In this document: one piece after another, positions 41,122 through 53,712 of the stretch | Layout of the letters: the number at the start of each line of letters is the position of its first letter | How positions within the stretch are numbered: position 1 is the first letter of the stretch | Assembly (NCBI RefSeq): GCF_008831285.2 | Contig: NC_045138.2 | Location: 19,158,001 to 19,222,000 of the forward strand | DNA length: 64,000 bases | Direction: 5' to 3' | Origin: Nymphaea colorata | Lineage: Eukaryota | Made by a program: the position numbers and the translations under genes | Notes under the pieces: model-generated | Seen by the model: only the letters and a program-made list of their open reading frames with translations | Told to the model about the DNA's origin: nothing | Database searches by the model: none

Positions 41122-43946
41122 TTTTAAGTTTTTCCATGTTTTAAAATCTATCGGCGGACCTGTGGCCTGAAGTTGATCCAGGTTGGATACCAATTAGATC
41201 CAGATCCAACTCAACAAGTTGACTCCTTCACACATGGTTCAACAAGAAGTTGTACGCTAGTATAGTTGTATTAGCTCTATTCTAATTCTTATGACCCGGA
41301 TCAGTTCGTACCCAAAATGGCCGGGTACATCTCATCCGGTCCGGTCGGCTGATGCGGATTCTACTTATCAAACACGAAAAGCAGGTTGATCGAACAACGG
41401 TTTTCTCGATAACCGGATCGATATTGCAAAAAATCCGGCAACTCATTTTAGCTGTTTCCGCTTAAGGTTAAAGAAAAGCAATATAGCATTTTTGCAACAC
41501 TTTTAAATAGATGAAGTTTATTCTTAAGAAATAAAAAGAAAATGCCTTGTGACCTGGGCTTCTAGATTGTCTGATTATACGCACTAAAATATTTAAAATT
41601 TTCCAGAAAATTGTTTCGCCCAACTTTCTTGTGGTACGCACGTTATAGGTTAAGATTTAATTTCTTTCATTTTTCTATTTCTTCTACGTGCAATTCATAT
41701 GAGGAACGGGTGACTTAATTATGAGAACAATAACAAGCTATCTCTTTGTTTCACAATCTTTAAAGCAAATTCATAAAACAACTTGTTTTTGTTTTGTTAG
41801 CATTAAGTATGTTGTGTAAAGTGTTTCACGAGTTGAAACACTTGCCCTATAATTGAAGTAGATTTATAAGACACATGGACAAGTGTTTTATAAATGTACT
41901 CTAATAAGATTTACGAAACACTAACACATTGTTTCTAATGTCAAATGACATTTAAATGAAACATATTCAAACTTATAGATCCTTTTTTTACCTCCTTAAA
42001 TGTTTATTTTATGGAAAAATTTTTGAAAACATGGCGTCCAAGTAACTGGGTGCATCTCAATTCTCAAGTTAGCTTTTCATTTTGTTGTCCCCCGCCACAG
42101 GTTTAATATCTCAACAATCGAACATAACCAACGTGAGGCAAGTCAAGGATTGCGCTACCAATCGGCTTACAAAATCCATCGAGAACAAATTTTTTCAAAA
42201 TAACGTCAAGGGTGAACTTGAAATCACAAGGAGTATTCAGATTTTACTAGCAGTGATTCCAGATTTTGTCTAAATCATATACATTCTTCTGATTTAGATG
42301 CCTATTGGACGAAGGAACTGGGCAAATAAATTTGGATTCGAATGTAAAGCTCCCACACTCTCACAGATCGCACTCAATCATATGATACTTCTAAGTCAAC
42401 TAAGAAGTCATTTAGCAATAGTAACACATTGTTATCACCTCATGAATGTGTTCCAAAAAACAAAACATGAATTGCTTCATTTCTTGGGACGCATTCATGA
42501 AATAGTAACAATGTGTTTCTGTTGCCAAACTACCCTTAAATGCTACAAAATGCACATGCTTAGATCCTCACTGGTCCACGGATCTCAAATCCTCGGTGAG
42601 CTGAGATCACCACAAATGTCATACTCACGACAATCAAACACAATCTAAGAGTGGTGGAGGAATAATAGTGATGAATAAACAATGAAAAAACAGAGAGAGA
42701 GAGAGAAAAGAAGAGAGGGTGACTTGAGTGTTAAAGACATTCTACCTAACAACTAACATGTTTGGAGGAAAGAAAGGCGTTCCTGTTATCTTCAAAAATG
42801 TTGTGTATTTTATTCATTTTAGGGTAAGTCTCGTGAAACACTTACACAACATTAGAACCAGAAACCTACAACTACAAAACATATTTGGCAACGTTCCTAC
42901 CATGACATAAATAATATAAGGTATGAAGAAACCTCAAAAAACATGCAAATATTTGATTATTACTAACAATAATTACAAATAGGTAGTAATTAGAGCAAGC
43001 AAACATAAAAACTATAGGGGTGCTTGGATGACACCTTCATCTAAGCAGTTTTATAAAAATTTGGATTCTTGAAAGTTGAAGAAGAAGACACACGTATGCA
43101 ACAATGGCAAGTCACGATTAATATACCGTATATTACTTCGCATTACACATTAGTCGGGATCATGCTTTTTTCAAGGGTGTTTTTGCCATTTTACTTCCAC
43201 AAGTAAAAGATCATTGAGAAATTGCAAATCGAGGAGCTGATATGGCCAGTAGGACGTTCGGGCCCACTATGCTGGTTGGGATCGCTTAAGAGTGTTTCGG
43301 TAATTTTACTATTAAACTTTATTTTTGTTCGTTTGTGGAGTTTTCCAACGGCAGCCGACATCCTTTCGTGTCTTATGTCCGGCGATTTTACAACTTTGCA
43401 GCAAGCCCATAGGTTCTTCGCCTCTCTTGTAAAATAAAGATTAAAGACATTAAAAGAAAGAGAGAGAGAAAAAAACAGAGGAATGCAAAGACACGTAGAT
43501 GGTTAGATGACGACGTGTTGAATCTCAACATCAAGTCGAAAATCTCATTGCGCATGTTCACAGACCGGAGCGAAGGGTATTCTAGGGAGAAGCTCGTTAG
43601 ATCTACCATTTGTCAAGAGCGTCAGCTGGGCTTCAGTTTCAGGTAGCTTACAGAAAAGAACGATTTTGTCTTGTACTAGAAAATGGCGCACCGAGGTAGC
43701 GGCGGTGTATGGCAATGGCGGAAGACGGGATTTGAATACCGGGATCTTGCGGGAGGAGGGTGGAAAACCGGAAACCGCTTACGAAACCGGAGTCGCTTTC
43801 TTACGACGACGAAATCGATGACATCACGATCATGGCTGCAGGTGGAGAGGGCGGAGAGAAAAAGAAAGACGTTATCCATCCAAGCCGATCACTCTAAAAA
43901 GCAGGGCGATCCTCGGCCTTCCTCACGGTCGCGGAGAGCAGCGGGA

Positions 43947-44342
43947 ATGCATACGAGCAAAGTATTCGGAATGGTTTTGTTGCTGTCGTCCAAGATGGTC
44001 GCCTTCTTCCTTCTGAACATGCTTGCTGGTGGCACTGCGACGGCGACGGCAGATCCCCAGATTTTCCTCCCCGAAGATTTCCAGATCTTGTTGCTCCTTC
44101 TTGGCATCCAAGTCACCTGGACTGCCTCACTCGTCGTTGTCTTACTAGGCCACCGGCTTACACCGGCGACCGTCCGCACCTGCCTCTTCGTCTCCACCAT
44201 TTCTCTTGCCTTTGTGCTCCTGCCATTTACGACTGCATCCGGTGGCCAGAGCAACGTCCGTCAAGTGCCCAGCTCCTTCAACCAGTCATGCGCTCTAACT
44301 TGCTGTTCCGGGTCTTCGAGCGCGTGCATATATACTCACTAG
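43947..44342 (+). CDS. Uncharacterised small membrane protein, cluster copy 2 (131 aa)
   Basis: MHTSKVFGMVLLLSS...PEDFQILLLLLGIQVTWTASLVVVLLGH...TCLFVSTISLA...PSSFNQSCALTCCSGSSSACIYTH; start chosen by alignment with the paralogs. Confidence 0.72.
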   Translation: MHTSKVFGMVLLLSSKMVAFFLLNMLAGGTATATADPQIFLPEDFQILLLLLGIQVTWTASLVVVLLGHRLTPATVRTCLFVSTISLAFVLLPFTTASGGQSNVRQVPSSFNQSCALTCCSGSSSACIYTH

Positions 44343-45319
44343 GTTGGAATTTCTTTGTTTGTTGTCACGCTACGTGTGGTTTCTCCTTGTATGAATTTAG
44401 GCGTCGGCACTGTGTAACTCCATCCGTTCTCGGGTCGTCTCCGGCGTGTCTTTCCGTCTTTGTATGTGTTAAATTGCCCCCTGTCCGCTTCGTCCTGAGT
44501 TTTACTTCACGTCATGGTTATGACGTCTTATTGTATGTATTGCCTACTGGTATCCATCTTGTTCGATGCTGAATTTTAGGTTAATTATGCTCTGTTTTTT
44601 TTAGTTGTTGGTGCTAAACTTAGTTGCTTTTTTAGTTATCGTTAAATTTTGAAGCATGGTTAAAAAATTTACGCTGAAGAGTAGGATTTGATGTCACCAA
44701 CCATGCAGATTTGACGCTGTAAGTATGATTTTATTGTAACTAGGATCCAGTTCACACCCGATTAATAGGATAGATAATTTTCACTTGGAAAATTGCGGAT
44801 CGTGAACGCAGCCCGAGATCCGATGTCGATCCAAATCGTACACTAATCAGATCCAGATCCAGTGCAACAAGTTGATTCCCTTGCACCTGGGTCTGCTCTG
44901 TTTCATTCCCGCAAATGGCGTATAATCGACAGTGTTATAGATAAGATGGTGCAGATCGGCCTAAAAATACAAACCAGCTTCAGTTAAGTTTTAAGGAAAG
45001 ATAGACCCTATAAAACAAGTTCAAATAAAGTTAAAAAAACTATTTAACATTAATCTATTTGGGCTCATCTTTTGTTTTCTAGAATCTTGCCCAAGGCCCT
45101 CTAGGCTATCGATTAATAGTAATAGACGTGAAACCTCTGAATTAAAAATTATTTAATTTATAGTTGATTTCTCGCGGAATGTGAATGCGATTGGTGTCCT
45201 GTGGAAGTCGCTGAATCAGACCTTGCTCTTACCATTCATATGGCGTATAATCATTTATCAAATTTAAATCTCACAAATGCTAATTTTTTTTTTTTCAAAA
45301 TTATTGAATTCCTAATTGG

Positions 45320-45803
45320 TAGGGCTGTGCACGAGCTGAGGCCAACTTGAGCTCAACTTGACTTAGAGCTCAACTTGACTTAGAAGACTGGATTTCAATA
45401 GAACAAGCTTGAGCTCGACTTGATATAACATGGATTCGACTTTGACTTAGAAAACTTGAGCTCGATAGAACAAGATTGATCTTAACTTGATGATACAACG
45501 TTGAGCTCGAGCTCAACTCGCGTAACTTGTTTATGCTAAGCATATCTCATTTCTTTGAACTCATTTAACTTGTTTAGTTGCAAATAGTTTAACTATTTTC
45601 ACATTATAATTCAACATCCATTATATACTCGATTCAAGTTGAGTTTAAACGAGTCGAGTTGTTACAACTCAAACTCGACTCATTTTAATTTTAAGTATAT
45701 ATTTGAACTTGATTTGACTTGTTTAAAAACAAGTCAAGTTAAAATTGAGATTTAACGAACTAGTTCTAGTTGAGCTCGAGCTAGTTTGACTCTTTGTGCA
45801 GCC
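45320..45803. mobile_element. hAT-like MITE with GAGCTCGA/ACTTGA-rich subterminal repeats
   Basis: Starts tagggctgtgcacgag and ends ctctttgtgcagccg (imperfect TIR); a related segment at ~50750-51231 ends ctcgttgtgcagct. Confidence 0.55.
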
Positions 45804-46885
45804 GTGTTAGGTCTTAAGTTCTCATGGGGAACTATAGATTCGAACTCAACCCTAACAGGCTGGACGCTAATTCGGTCCAGTTCTGGAAGGAAATTCAAAT
45901 CTGGATATGCTTCAATAATAATACCGACTCCAAAGGTGTCTGAGTTCAAATTAACAACGATGCTTTGATGATCGCTTTTAAAAAGTCATGCAATAAAAAA
46001 TTGGGGTAGTTTTATCTCCCTACTAATTTGAAATAACAAATTCGGCATAGATTCCGGACCTTAAATATTAATAAATTATCAAAATGAAAAATGAGTTGAG
46101 ATTATGTGTAGCTCATGAGTTGAAACTTGAAACGTATCCAGACGAGAAAAATTGAAGAAGCAAACACGTTATAATGAACTATTTTCCGCAAGTAATTTTT
46201 TCGCTCTCGTTTGGCACACATGGCCGACGTAAATTCCCCTCACAAAGCTCATATAATGAGCCGCCAAACTTGGCTCCAAGTTGATGATGGCCGTGTAAGA
46301 TGAGTCAATTTAAATAACACCCCTTACTTTTCTTGTGAATTTTGCCAATGTTAGTTGGACTCTAAATAAGCACACCTTTTCGTTCAGTCTCTTTCCACCT
46401 TCTCTAAACCACATTTTGTATAATCGACAAATAAAAACATTTTTTTATAACTCACTTTTCCTCCATCTAAATATCTTCATTAATTAACTTTACTTTCTTT
46501 TTTATTCTAAGCGCCCTCTACCAAACAGGGCATTAGATATTAATTTAAAAATAAACTCAAACCTAAAGTTAATCAAATGTCATTTCCTGAATCCCAAATT
46601 TCATTTGACTTCTTAAACCAGGTGTTAAAATTGAAGCATACTAAGACACAGGAAAAAGGAGTGAGAAAGAAAGATTAACACTCTTTCTCAATACCACCAA
46701 GATTCAGAAATCAAATTGAAAACATGATTATAACACACCACTCAAACCGATTGGTTGCGCTACCCATCACTTTGTGAGAGAGGAAGAAAAAAAGAGAGAA
46801 TTCGAGTAGGATCCTATGTACGTGACTTCCTACCCACATCTGCAATCAATCAAGTATTTGTAATCCAGTATTGTCTTCCACATTT

Positions 46886-47200
46886 AGTCATGCGCTCTAA
46901 CTTGCTGTTGCGGGTCTTCGTACGCGTGCGTATATATTCAGTAGGTTGGAATTTCTTTGTTTGTTGTCACGCTATCTAAGTGTGGTTTGGTTTCTTCTTG
47001 TATGAATTTAGGCGTCGTCCCTCTGTAACTCCATCCGTTCTCCGGTCGTCTCCGGCGTGTCTTTCCGTCTTCGTATGTGTTAAATTCCCCCCTGTCCGCT
47101 TCGTCCTTAGTTTTACTTCACGTCAAGGTTTTGACGTCCTATTGTATGTGTTTGCTTATTATTGTTCTATACATCGGAATTCGTTCAATTACTGTCCTCT
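46886..47200 (+). pseudogene. 3'-only remnant (copy 4) of the small membrane-protein family
   Basis: Reads SCALTCCCGSSYACVYIQ* followed by ~250 bp closely similar to the copy 2 downstream sequence; 5' part absent. Confidence 0.8.
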
Positions 47201-47403
47201 GTTGGAAAAATAATGAATATGTATCGGAGAAAGATATCAACGAAATCAAACCGAAAAGCATAGACGTGAACACAACCACTTTTTAAAAATGGAAGCATTT
47301 AAACAACTACGTACCATATTTAGCCAACCACCCTGCCAGCTACACCTCATCACCATCTCTCCAACTCTTGCTGGTCGCATTACCATATTCTTGATGTGAC
47401 TGC

Positions 47404-47655
47404 TCTTGAAGTTGGGGAAGATAGTAGTTGAGAGAGAAGAACCGACTGGAGACGTAAGGTAACAGAGAAACAGGGAGAAAGGGCCAATGTTATGCGAGGG
47501 ATAAAAATCCCGTATTCTCATTTATCATATATATATATATATACAGTGTAACTGAAATGTATATACATGTATAAGACCCATTGTCAATGGGATACAGCTG
47601 TAGACAACTATATTACAGCTGTTTATTCTAAACTTTCTAGACTAACCTCCTAACA
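47404..47655 (-). repeat. 3' LTR (252 bp, TG...GA)
   Basis: Direct repeat of 49809-50060 with 3 substitutions by manual comparison. Confidence 0.95.
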
Positions 47656-47664
47656 TTCTCCCCC

Positions 47665-48085
47665 TCAAGTTAGATCTTCCAAATTCTGAAGACCTAACTT
47701 GCAGCATAACTTGTGAAATGTATCTTTACACACAGCTTTGGTTAGAATATCTGCAAATTGGTTCCTTGAGGCAACATGTTCTGTTTTTATGATTCCTGAC
47801 TGAATTTTTTCTTTAAGAAAGTGACAGTCTATTTCAATGTGTTTCATTCGTTCATGAAACACATGGTTATTTCCAATGTAAATTGCAGTCTTGCTGTCAC
47901 AAAATAGGCTTATTGGCTGTTTTACATTCATCTTCATATCCTGTAGCAAGTATTTTATCCATAGCAATTCACACACAATGAGAGCCATTGCTCGATATTC
48001 ACTTTCTGCGCTTGATCTGGCCACGACTGTTTGTTTCGTACTACTCCAAGAGACTAAATTATCACCAACAAAACAACAGTAGCCA
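47665..48085 (-). pseudogene. Copia RNase H remnant
   Basis: GYCCFVGDNLVSWSSTKQTVVARSSAESEYRAMA...FCDSKTAIYI...ADILTK...KLGL. Confidence 0.9.
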
Positions 48086-48567
48086 GGGATGACCCACTCT
48101 GCAGTGCCATATGCGAGCATCACTGGCAGTTTTTATTGCAGTGTATACACTGGAGTTGTGCTCTTGAGTCAAGTAGTACAGGCCATTTGCCTCTTCACAT
48201 TCACCAATCTTCGTCTCATTCTTGCTGTCTACTAGTATCTCCTTTTTTCCAACAAAAATTATATAGTAGCTCAGAGTATTACTCAGTTTGCTAACAGATA
48301 TCAACTTTGTTGCGCACTTAGGCACATACAACACGTCATGCAATGTAATATGTTGATTTATGTAAACAGAGCCATATCCTACTGCAGATGTGGTCGACCC
48401 ATCAGCTAGTTTTACTGATATATGTTTATCATATTTGACATTATGTAACAGTTCTAAACAAGCAGTCATATGGTCTGTAGCTCCACTGTCAACTATCCAT
48501 GCTGAGTTATTGGAACAAGCCAAGAAAGAGCAAGGTAAAGGGTTTGAAGTCTTACCTGTTTCTGTTC

Positions 48568-49554
48568 CTAGTTTAGTTGTAATAGCAAGATTGCTGCAGG
48601 TGATTTTTTGAGCAAACGTGTGAGTTCAGCAATGTCACCTTCACGTCTGAGTCCAGCATTACGAACTTGTCCTCTCCTTCTGTTTGGATGGCCATTCAGG
48701 TTCCAACAACGTTCCCTAGTGTGGCCTTGTTTTTTACAGTAAGTACAGAACAGAGAATTTCGTCCTCGACCGAACCTGGTATCTACTGTGAAGTTGTTCT
48801 TATCTCTTGGAGCAGTATGAGATGTTTCTGTCTTAGCGACAAATGCAGCCTTGTCAGCAGGCGCATATTCTTTCTTGAAGTCGTCTTCAGTCTTCATGAC
48901 TTTTTGCCTGGTTTCTTCTCGTTGTATGATAGAACAAACATTGTTGAAGGACGGGAGAGGGGAAGACATGAGAATCTGACTTTTTAGATAGTCGAACTCT
49001 GCCCCTAACCCAGCGAGAAGCTTGAACACTTTATCTTCGTCAGCTCTCTGTTTCAGTACTTCCATATCAGGAAAGAGGGGACGATATTGGGATAATTCAT
49101 CCCACATCGCTTTAAGGGAGCTTAGATATACGTGAAATGGCTTCTCTCCTTTGGTGACTCGTGCGATATGCTGTTGCAGAAGATAGACCCTGGCCAGGTT
49201 TTGGTCTTCACCATAGATCTCCGCTAGGGTGTCCCAGATTTCTTTGGCCGAATCCAAGAATAGAAAGCTCTCGGCAATGGTGGGCTCCATTGAATTTAGC
49301 AACCAAGACATTACAACTCGATCGTTAGCTTCCCATTCTTCATAACTCAGATCATCTTTCTCAGGAGCTGTAATCTTGCCATTGATATAGCCTATTTTTG
49401 ACTTTCCACAGAGGTATAAGCTTGCTGATTTCGGCCAAACCACATAGTTTCCACCGTTGAGAGGTGCTGTGGTGATTTTGAGAGCCGGATCTGATTCCTT
49501 CATGACTGCTTTTACAGTAGAGATTTGGGGGTTTTGGTTTTCTGATTCTGCCAT
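48568..49554 (-). CDS. Copia Gag ORF (328 aa, zinc knuckle), frameshifted relative to the protease (about 48086-48600)
   Basis: LNGGNYVVW, VMSWLLNSM, SAKEIWDTL, LKAMWDEL, LLAGLGAEF and CX2CX4HX4C motifs. Confidence 0.88.
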   Translation of the reverse strand: MAESENQNPQISTVKAVMKESDPALKITTAPLNGGNYVVWPKSASLYLCGKSKIGYINGKITAPEKDDLSYEEWEANDRVVMSWLLNSMEPTIAESFLFLDSAKEIWDTLAEIYGEDQNLARVYLLQQHIARVTKGEKPFHVYLSSLKAMWDELSQYRPLFPDMEVLKQRADEDKVFKLLAGLGAEFDYLKSQILMSSPLPSFNNVCSIIQREETRQKVMKTEDDFKKEYAPADKAAFVAKTETSHTAPRDKNNFTVDTRFGRGRNSLFCTYCKKQGHTRERCWNLNGHPNRRRGQVRNAGLRREGDIAELTRLLKKSPAAILLLQLN

Positions 49555-49808
49555 AGCTGCTGAGAATCCCTCGATCTACAGAATCCACGCTCACCGCACC
49601 AGTTGGGAAGCCGAGACCAGAAAGCCGAGCCCTAGCCTGTCGGTTCCTTCCTCTTTTTGTTTTGTGTAGGAACAAAAACCCTAAACTTTCCCTAAACTTT
49701 GGGAAGCCGTCGACGCCTACAAAAACCTCAACATTGAGGACCTGTAGCTTGATCAGCTGTAGGTGTTTACGCCTGTCCTTGAATTTCAGCCTGCTGGCTC
49801 TAATACCA

Positions 49809-50060
49809 TCTTGAAGTTGGGGAAGATAGTAGTTGAGAGAGAAGAACCGACTGGAGACGTAAGGTAACAGAGAAACAGGGAGAAAGGGCCAATGTTATGC
49901 GAGGGATAAAAATCCCGTATTCTCATTTATCATATATATATATATATACAGTGTAACTCAGATGTATATACATGTATAAGACCCATTGTCAATGGGATAT
50001 AGCTGTAGACAACTATATTACAGCTGTTTATTCTAAACTTTCTAGACTAACCTCCTAACA
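49809..50060 (-). repeat. 5' LTR (252 bp, TG...GA)
   Basis: Followed immediately on the minus strand by the PBS at 49797-49808. Confidence 0.95.
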
Positions 50061-50981
50061 AATGCAGCCACTCCGGCGGGCCGATGATTGCCACCTCTGC
50101 GGGCTGCGGCCACTTTCTTCCGTCACTTCTAGCACAAATCTCAGTCTCGCCTTCCATCTTGAGTTATTTGAAGCCACTGCTTTAGAGTGATGAGTAAAGT
50201 TTAGGCCTCCCTTAAGCAAGTAAAATTCATCACCCAAGCCTGGTGATCTTGAGCTTCTTCTACTATTCTTCCCACTTCAATTGCCATGTACGCTTCTTCA
50301 CAGCTCTGCCTAATACTGGACCACTTTTTTCCAGCATGCCACATGAAACTCCACACCTGCCAAAGTTTTGTTCCCCATTCCAAACTTTGACAATGCCGCT
50401 AATCAGGTTATTCTCAGTCCTCACCCATTATTTTCCACACTTTAGACATACGGAATGATCAAGCGTGAACCGGATCGAGCTTGTCGCGTAGCATTTGGAT
50501 CTTGAAAACCATTTTTTCATTTTTGTTGAAAATTTATAAAAAGCCATCGCATTGAAACATTTTCTGAACAAAAGCCAAAAATGGGTCGCACAAATTCTGG
50601 TGCAGAATTGATAGAACAAACGGTTTGGACGGACGTGGACCAGGACAAGATCCGGGTGTAAAGTAGACCACATGGTACGGTTCGACTAAAGTAAGCAGTC
50701 ACACGTGGATTCTTGATAGACCGGGTCTTGGTTCGTTACCAACTTCACATTTGACTTGACTTCTTTTATTGGTTTGAAGTTTATAAGTTACCAAAAAAAA
50801 AGAAAAGAAAAAAAAAGAACTTAGATTAACCAAGCTTGACTTGACCAAAAAAACTTAAGCTCCAACTCGACTCGAATTCGAGACAAACTCAAACTCGAGC
50901 CAAGTTACACGCTGGAGCTGAACTCGACAACATAGTGTCGCTCGAGCCTGAGCCTGACTTGTTTAACTCGTTTATGTTAAC

Positions 50982-51132
50982 CTGTCATGTTTTTTACTCG
51001 TCGAACTTGTCAATTCTTTTAACTAATTCATCGACAATAAGCCACTTTTATGTAGTCTGTCATGTTTTTTACTCGTCGAACTTGTCAATTCATTTAACTA
51101 ATTCATCGACAATAAGCCACTTTTATGTAGTC
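50982..51132. repeat. Tandem duplication 2 x 75 bp inside a MITE-like segment
   Basis: ctgtcatgttttttactcgtcgaacttgtcaattc.tttaactaattcatcgacaataagccacttttatgtagt x2. Confidence 0.92.
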
Positions 51133-51404
51133 GAGCCCAACCGAATGTAAACGAGCCTGGTTTTTATACCACGAACTCAATACGTTTCAAGTGTAAATTT
51201 AAACTCGACCGAGTTTGCTCGTTGTGCAGCTCGTGATCTTAATCGCCCCCCTAAAAAGGACCTCAAACTTGGCCTTTCCCATAAAAGTCAAACCTTTATT
51301 TTGCGGCGCAATATTTTTGAAGGAAGAAGAGAACGGCCCTGTTTGTTCGCGTTTCTTCTTTCAGATGCCTTTTTTTCTCCTCATCCTTATCTTCCTTTCT
51401 ATCG

Positions 51405-51722
51405 TCAGGCTTCCATCATACCGGTGCCATATCTGTAGGTTGGAATTCCTTTGATTGATGTTAATCTGCGAACTTGTATGAATTCAGGCGTCGTACCTGT
51501 GTAACTCCATCCGTTCTCCGGTCAGCTCCGGCGTGTCTTTCCGTCTTTGTATATGTTAAATTGCCTCCTGTCCGCTTCGTCCTTTGTTTTACTTTACTTC
51601 ATGGTTATGACGACTTACTGTATCTGTTCTTGTTCTATGATTCACTTTATGAATCGAATTCGTCCGCTCACTGTCGTCAACGCAGACGAGGCCGAAGCTT
51701 TGTTGGTGCAATTTTTCGCCGT
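51405..51722 (+). pseudogene. 3'-only remnant (copy 5) of the small membrane-protein family
   Basis: Last codons, ctgtaggttgga and ~290 bp of downstream sequence homologous to 54950-55270 and 40385-40690. Confidence 0.75.
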
Positions 51723-53307
51723 CCGCTTAGAGGGATGTTAGATGACTTGAGTGCAAGTAGTGTGAGCTAGGAGCGACTTTGGTGAGAGATCTGTGTTGGT
51801 ATTGTGTGGGAGGCGATGCGCTCAATAGGTAAAAATTACTTATAAAATATAAACAATAGTCGCAGGAGCTTATTAAGTTTTGGTGCGCTCATTTTTCTTT
51901 TGTTAGCTGATTGAATTCATTCTGTAGGCTTTCACTTAATTTTCGGTCGGAAAATTTTGGCGTCAGGAAGGAAGATGCGATGAAATTACCCACCAACTGA
52001 ACGCTCGCTCTCTCTCTCTGGATCTCCCTGTGGTGGACGACATAATTAAAAAGAAGGCGATGTGTGAAGGGGTGAGGAATCGGGGATCACATATTCCTCC
52101 TGGTTCAGCTTTATCTGTGGGGAAGAAACGGTCAGAAGGCACCGCCGGGCCCCAGCCTCTGCTCCTGCCGGACGGACACCGGCGGACGGCTCGGATCCAT
52201 CCCTCCTGTGTCGATGTCTTGCTGCTCATCTAACCTCCTGTGTATGTGTCAAATCGATGCGGCGCGGATAAAATGCCCTCACTTTGGATAAAATGCCCTC
52301 ACTTTCTTCAATTAATGACAGAAAGTGCCACACTTTCAGCCGCGGTGCCACCAGTGTTGTGGGACCCGCACGTCAATATAACGAGCACCTGTATGCCTGT
52401 CAAGTTCCTCCCCACGTTCCATTGTCCTTCCCCCATTAAAGAACAAATTTCCGTTAGAGGTTCACATTTTGTCTGAATTTTAGAAACGCCGCATAACCTT
52501 TTTTTATTTACCAGTTTCGCCTTATAGCTGAGCAAGTTATCGACTCAAACAGGCCATCAGCCTAGGTTCAATGGGGATGTTCCCAGGAAATTAGGCCCCA
52601 TTCGACCACTGTGAGTGAAATTTAAAAATGGCGAATTCCTTTCCCTTGAAAACGATAGTGCTGTTCATTATTGTGCCTAATGAATCAAGTTCTAATTTAA
52701 TATAGAGACCATATGCAATCCCCACCTTTTTTTTTTTTTTTTTTGGTGAATTTTGGGTAGTAAATCAACTTCAAAAGATCGATTTACTGATCTTATGAAC
52801 TCGAAATAACGAGTCTCCAATTCTATTAAAATCCAATTAAAGATTTTAAGTGACATCCTCTTTTAATACAAGCCGGAATGAGTCAAACCATTGAAAAAAT
52901 TCAATTTCAAGGCATTGACTAAATTCGGCCTTGCTAGCCGCTAGGAAAATTAATCCGATGTCTTTATATCTGAAAATCTAGTAAACTATTGAATAAATTA
53001 TTTAAATTAATTGATAGTTTTTACTCCGCAACTGGTTGGTGGTAGAGCCGTACGTGTATGTGTCTGAACCCACTGAGTGGGTCCACCAGGTTCTCATCAC
53101 TAGTTTTCTTAAGTAATATAGTTTTTGTTAAAATAGTAATATATATATATATATAATTGTACTTTTTTTAAACGAATAGGTCTGAACCATCTCACATACT
53201 TCGACAATTAAGATAAAAATCAAAGAAAAAAAACATGTAAAGTAATGCTACATGATCAAATTGTTTAATCACATGTCATGTCCTTTTATTTTTGTTTTTC
53301 TCTCAAT

Positions 53308-53701
53308 CATAGTCACAAATAATGTTTTAGAATTTTAAACTATAAGGTTTTTCTTAAGTATAATACGATAAACTTAAAAAAATAAAAAATATGGTAAATT
53401 TTTAAAAATTTAAAAAAATTAAAAATAAGGAAAAAATAAATAAGTGAAAAACTAATAATACAAAAATCAAAAGATAAGTAGATTTACAATAAATGCAAAA
53501 TAAAAAATAAAAAACTCTTTGGAGTTAAAAACTAAAAAAATGAAAAAAGTGAAAAAACACAAAAAAAAGTGCGTTAAAAACGGGTTAAAAACACTTTTTT
53601 TCATTTTTAATATTTTTTTTCAGAAAAACGCTTTTTTTAGTTTTAAATGCCATTTAATTTATCGGATTTTTTTTGGAATAAAACGTATTTTGTGTGATTA
53701 G
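53308..53701. mobile_element. AT-rich MITE with CATAGTCACA...TGTGATTAG termini
   Basis: Imperfect TIRs; internal homology to the inverted copy at 25800-25990. Confidence 0.6.
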
Positions 53702-53712
53702 AACTTTCATGT

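Larger units (their letters stand above)
47404..50060 (-). mobile_element. Non-autonomous Ty1/Copia LTR retrotransposon, 2657 bp: gag, protease, GAG-pre-integrase and RNase H present; integrase and RT deleted
   Basis: Two 252-bp LTRs; PBS TGGTATTAGAGC (iMet type) next to the 5' LTR; PPT AGGGGGAGAA next to the 3' LTR; TSD actgc/aatgc; gag with CTYCKKQGHTRERC, WIVDSGATDH, WHCRVGHP, then RNase H SWSSTKQTVVARSSAESEYRAMA...HERMKHIEIDCHF. Confidence 0.96.

Noticed and set aside
42082..42650. Possible decayed transposase fragment on the minus strand; similarly the sequence flanking the young Copia (47215-47400, 50061-50430)
   Set aside because: Only vague motif resemblance with many stops; not supportable without a search
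43683..43946. 88-aa N-terminal extension of family copy 2
   Set aside because: Not shared with the paralogs and runs through the promoter-equivalent region
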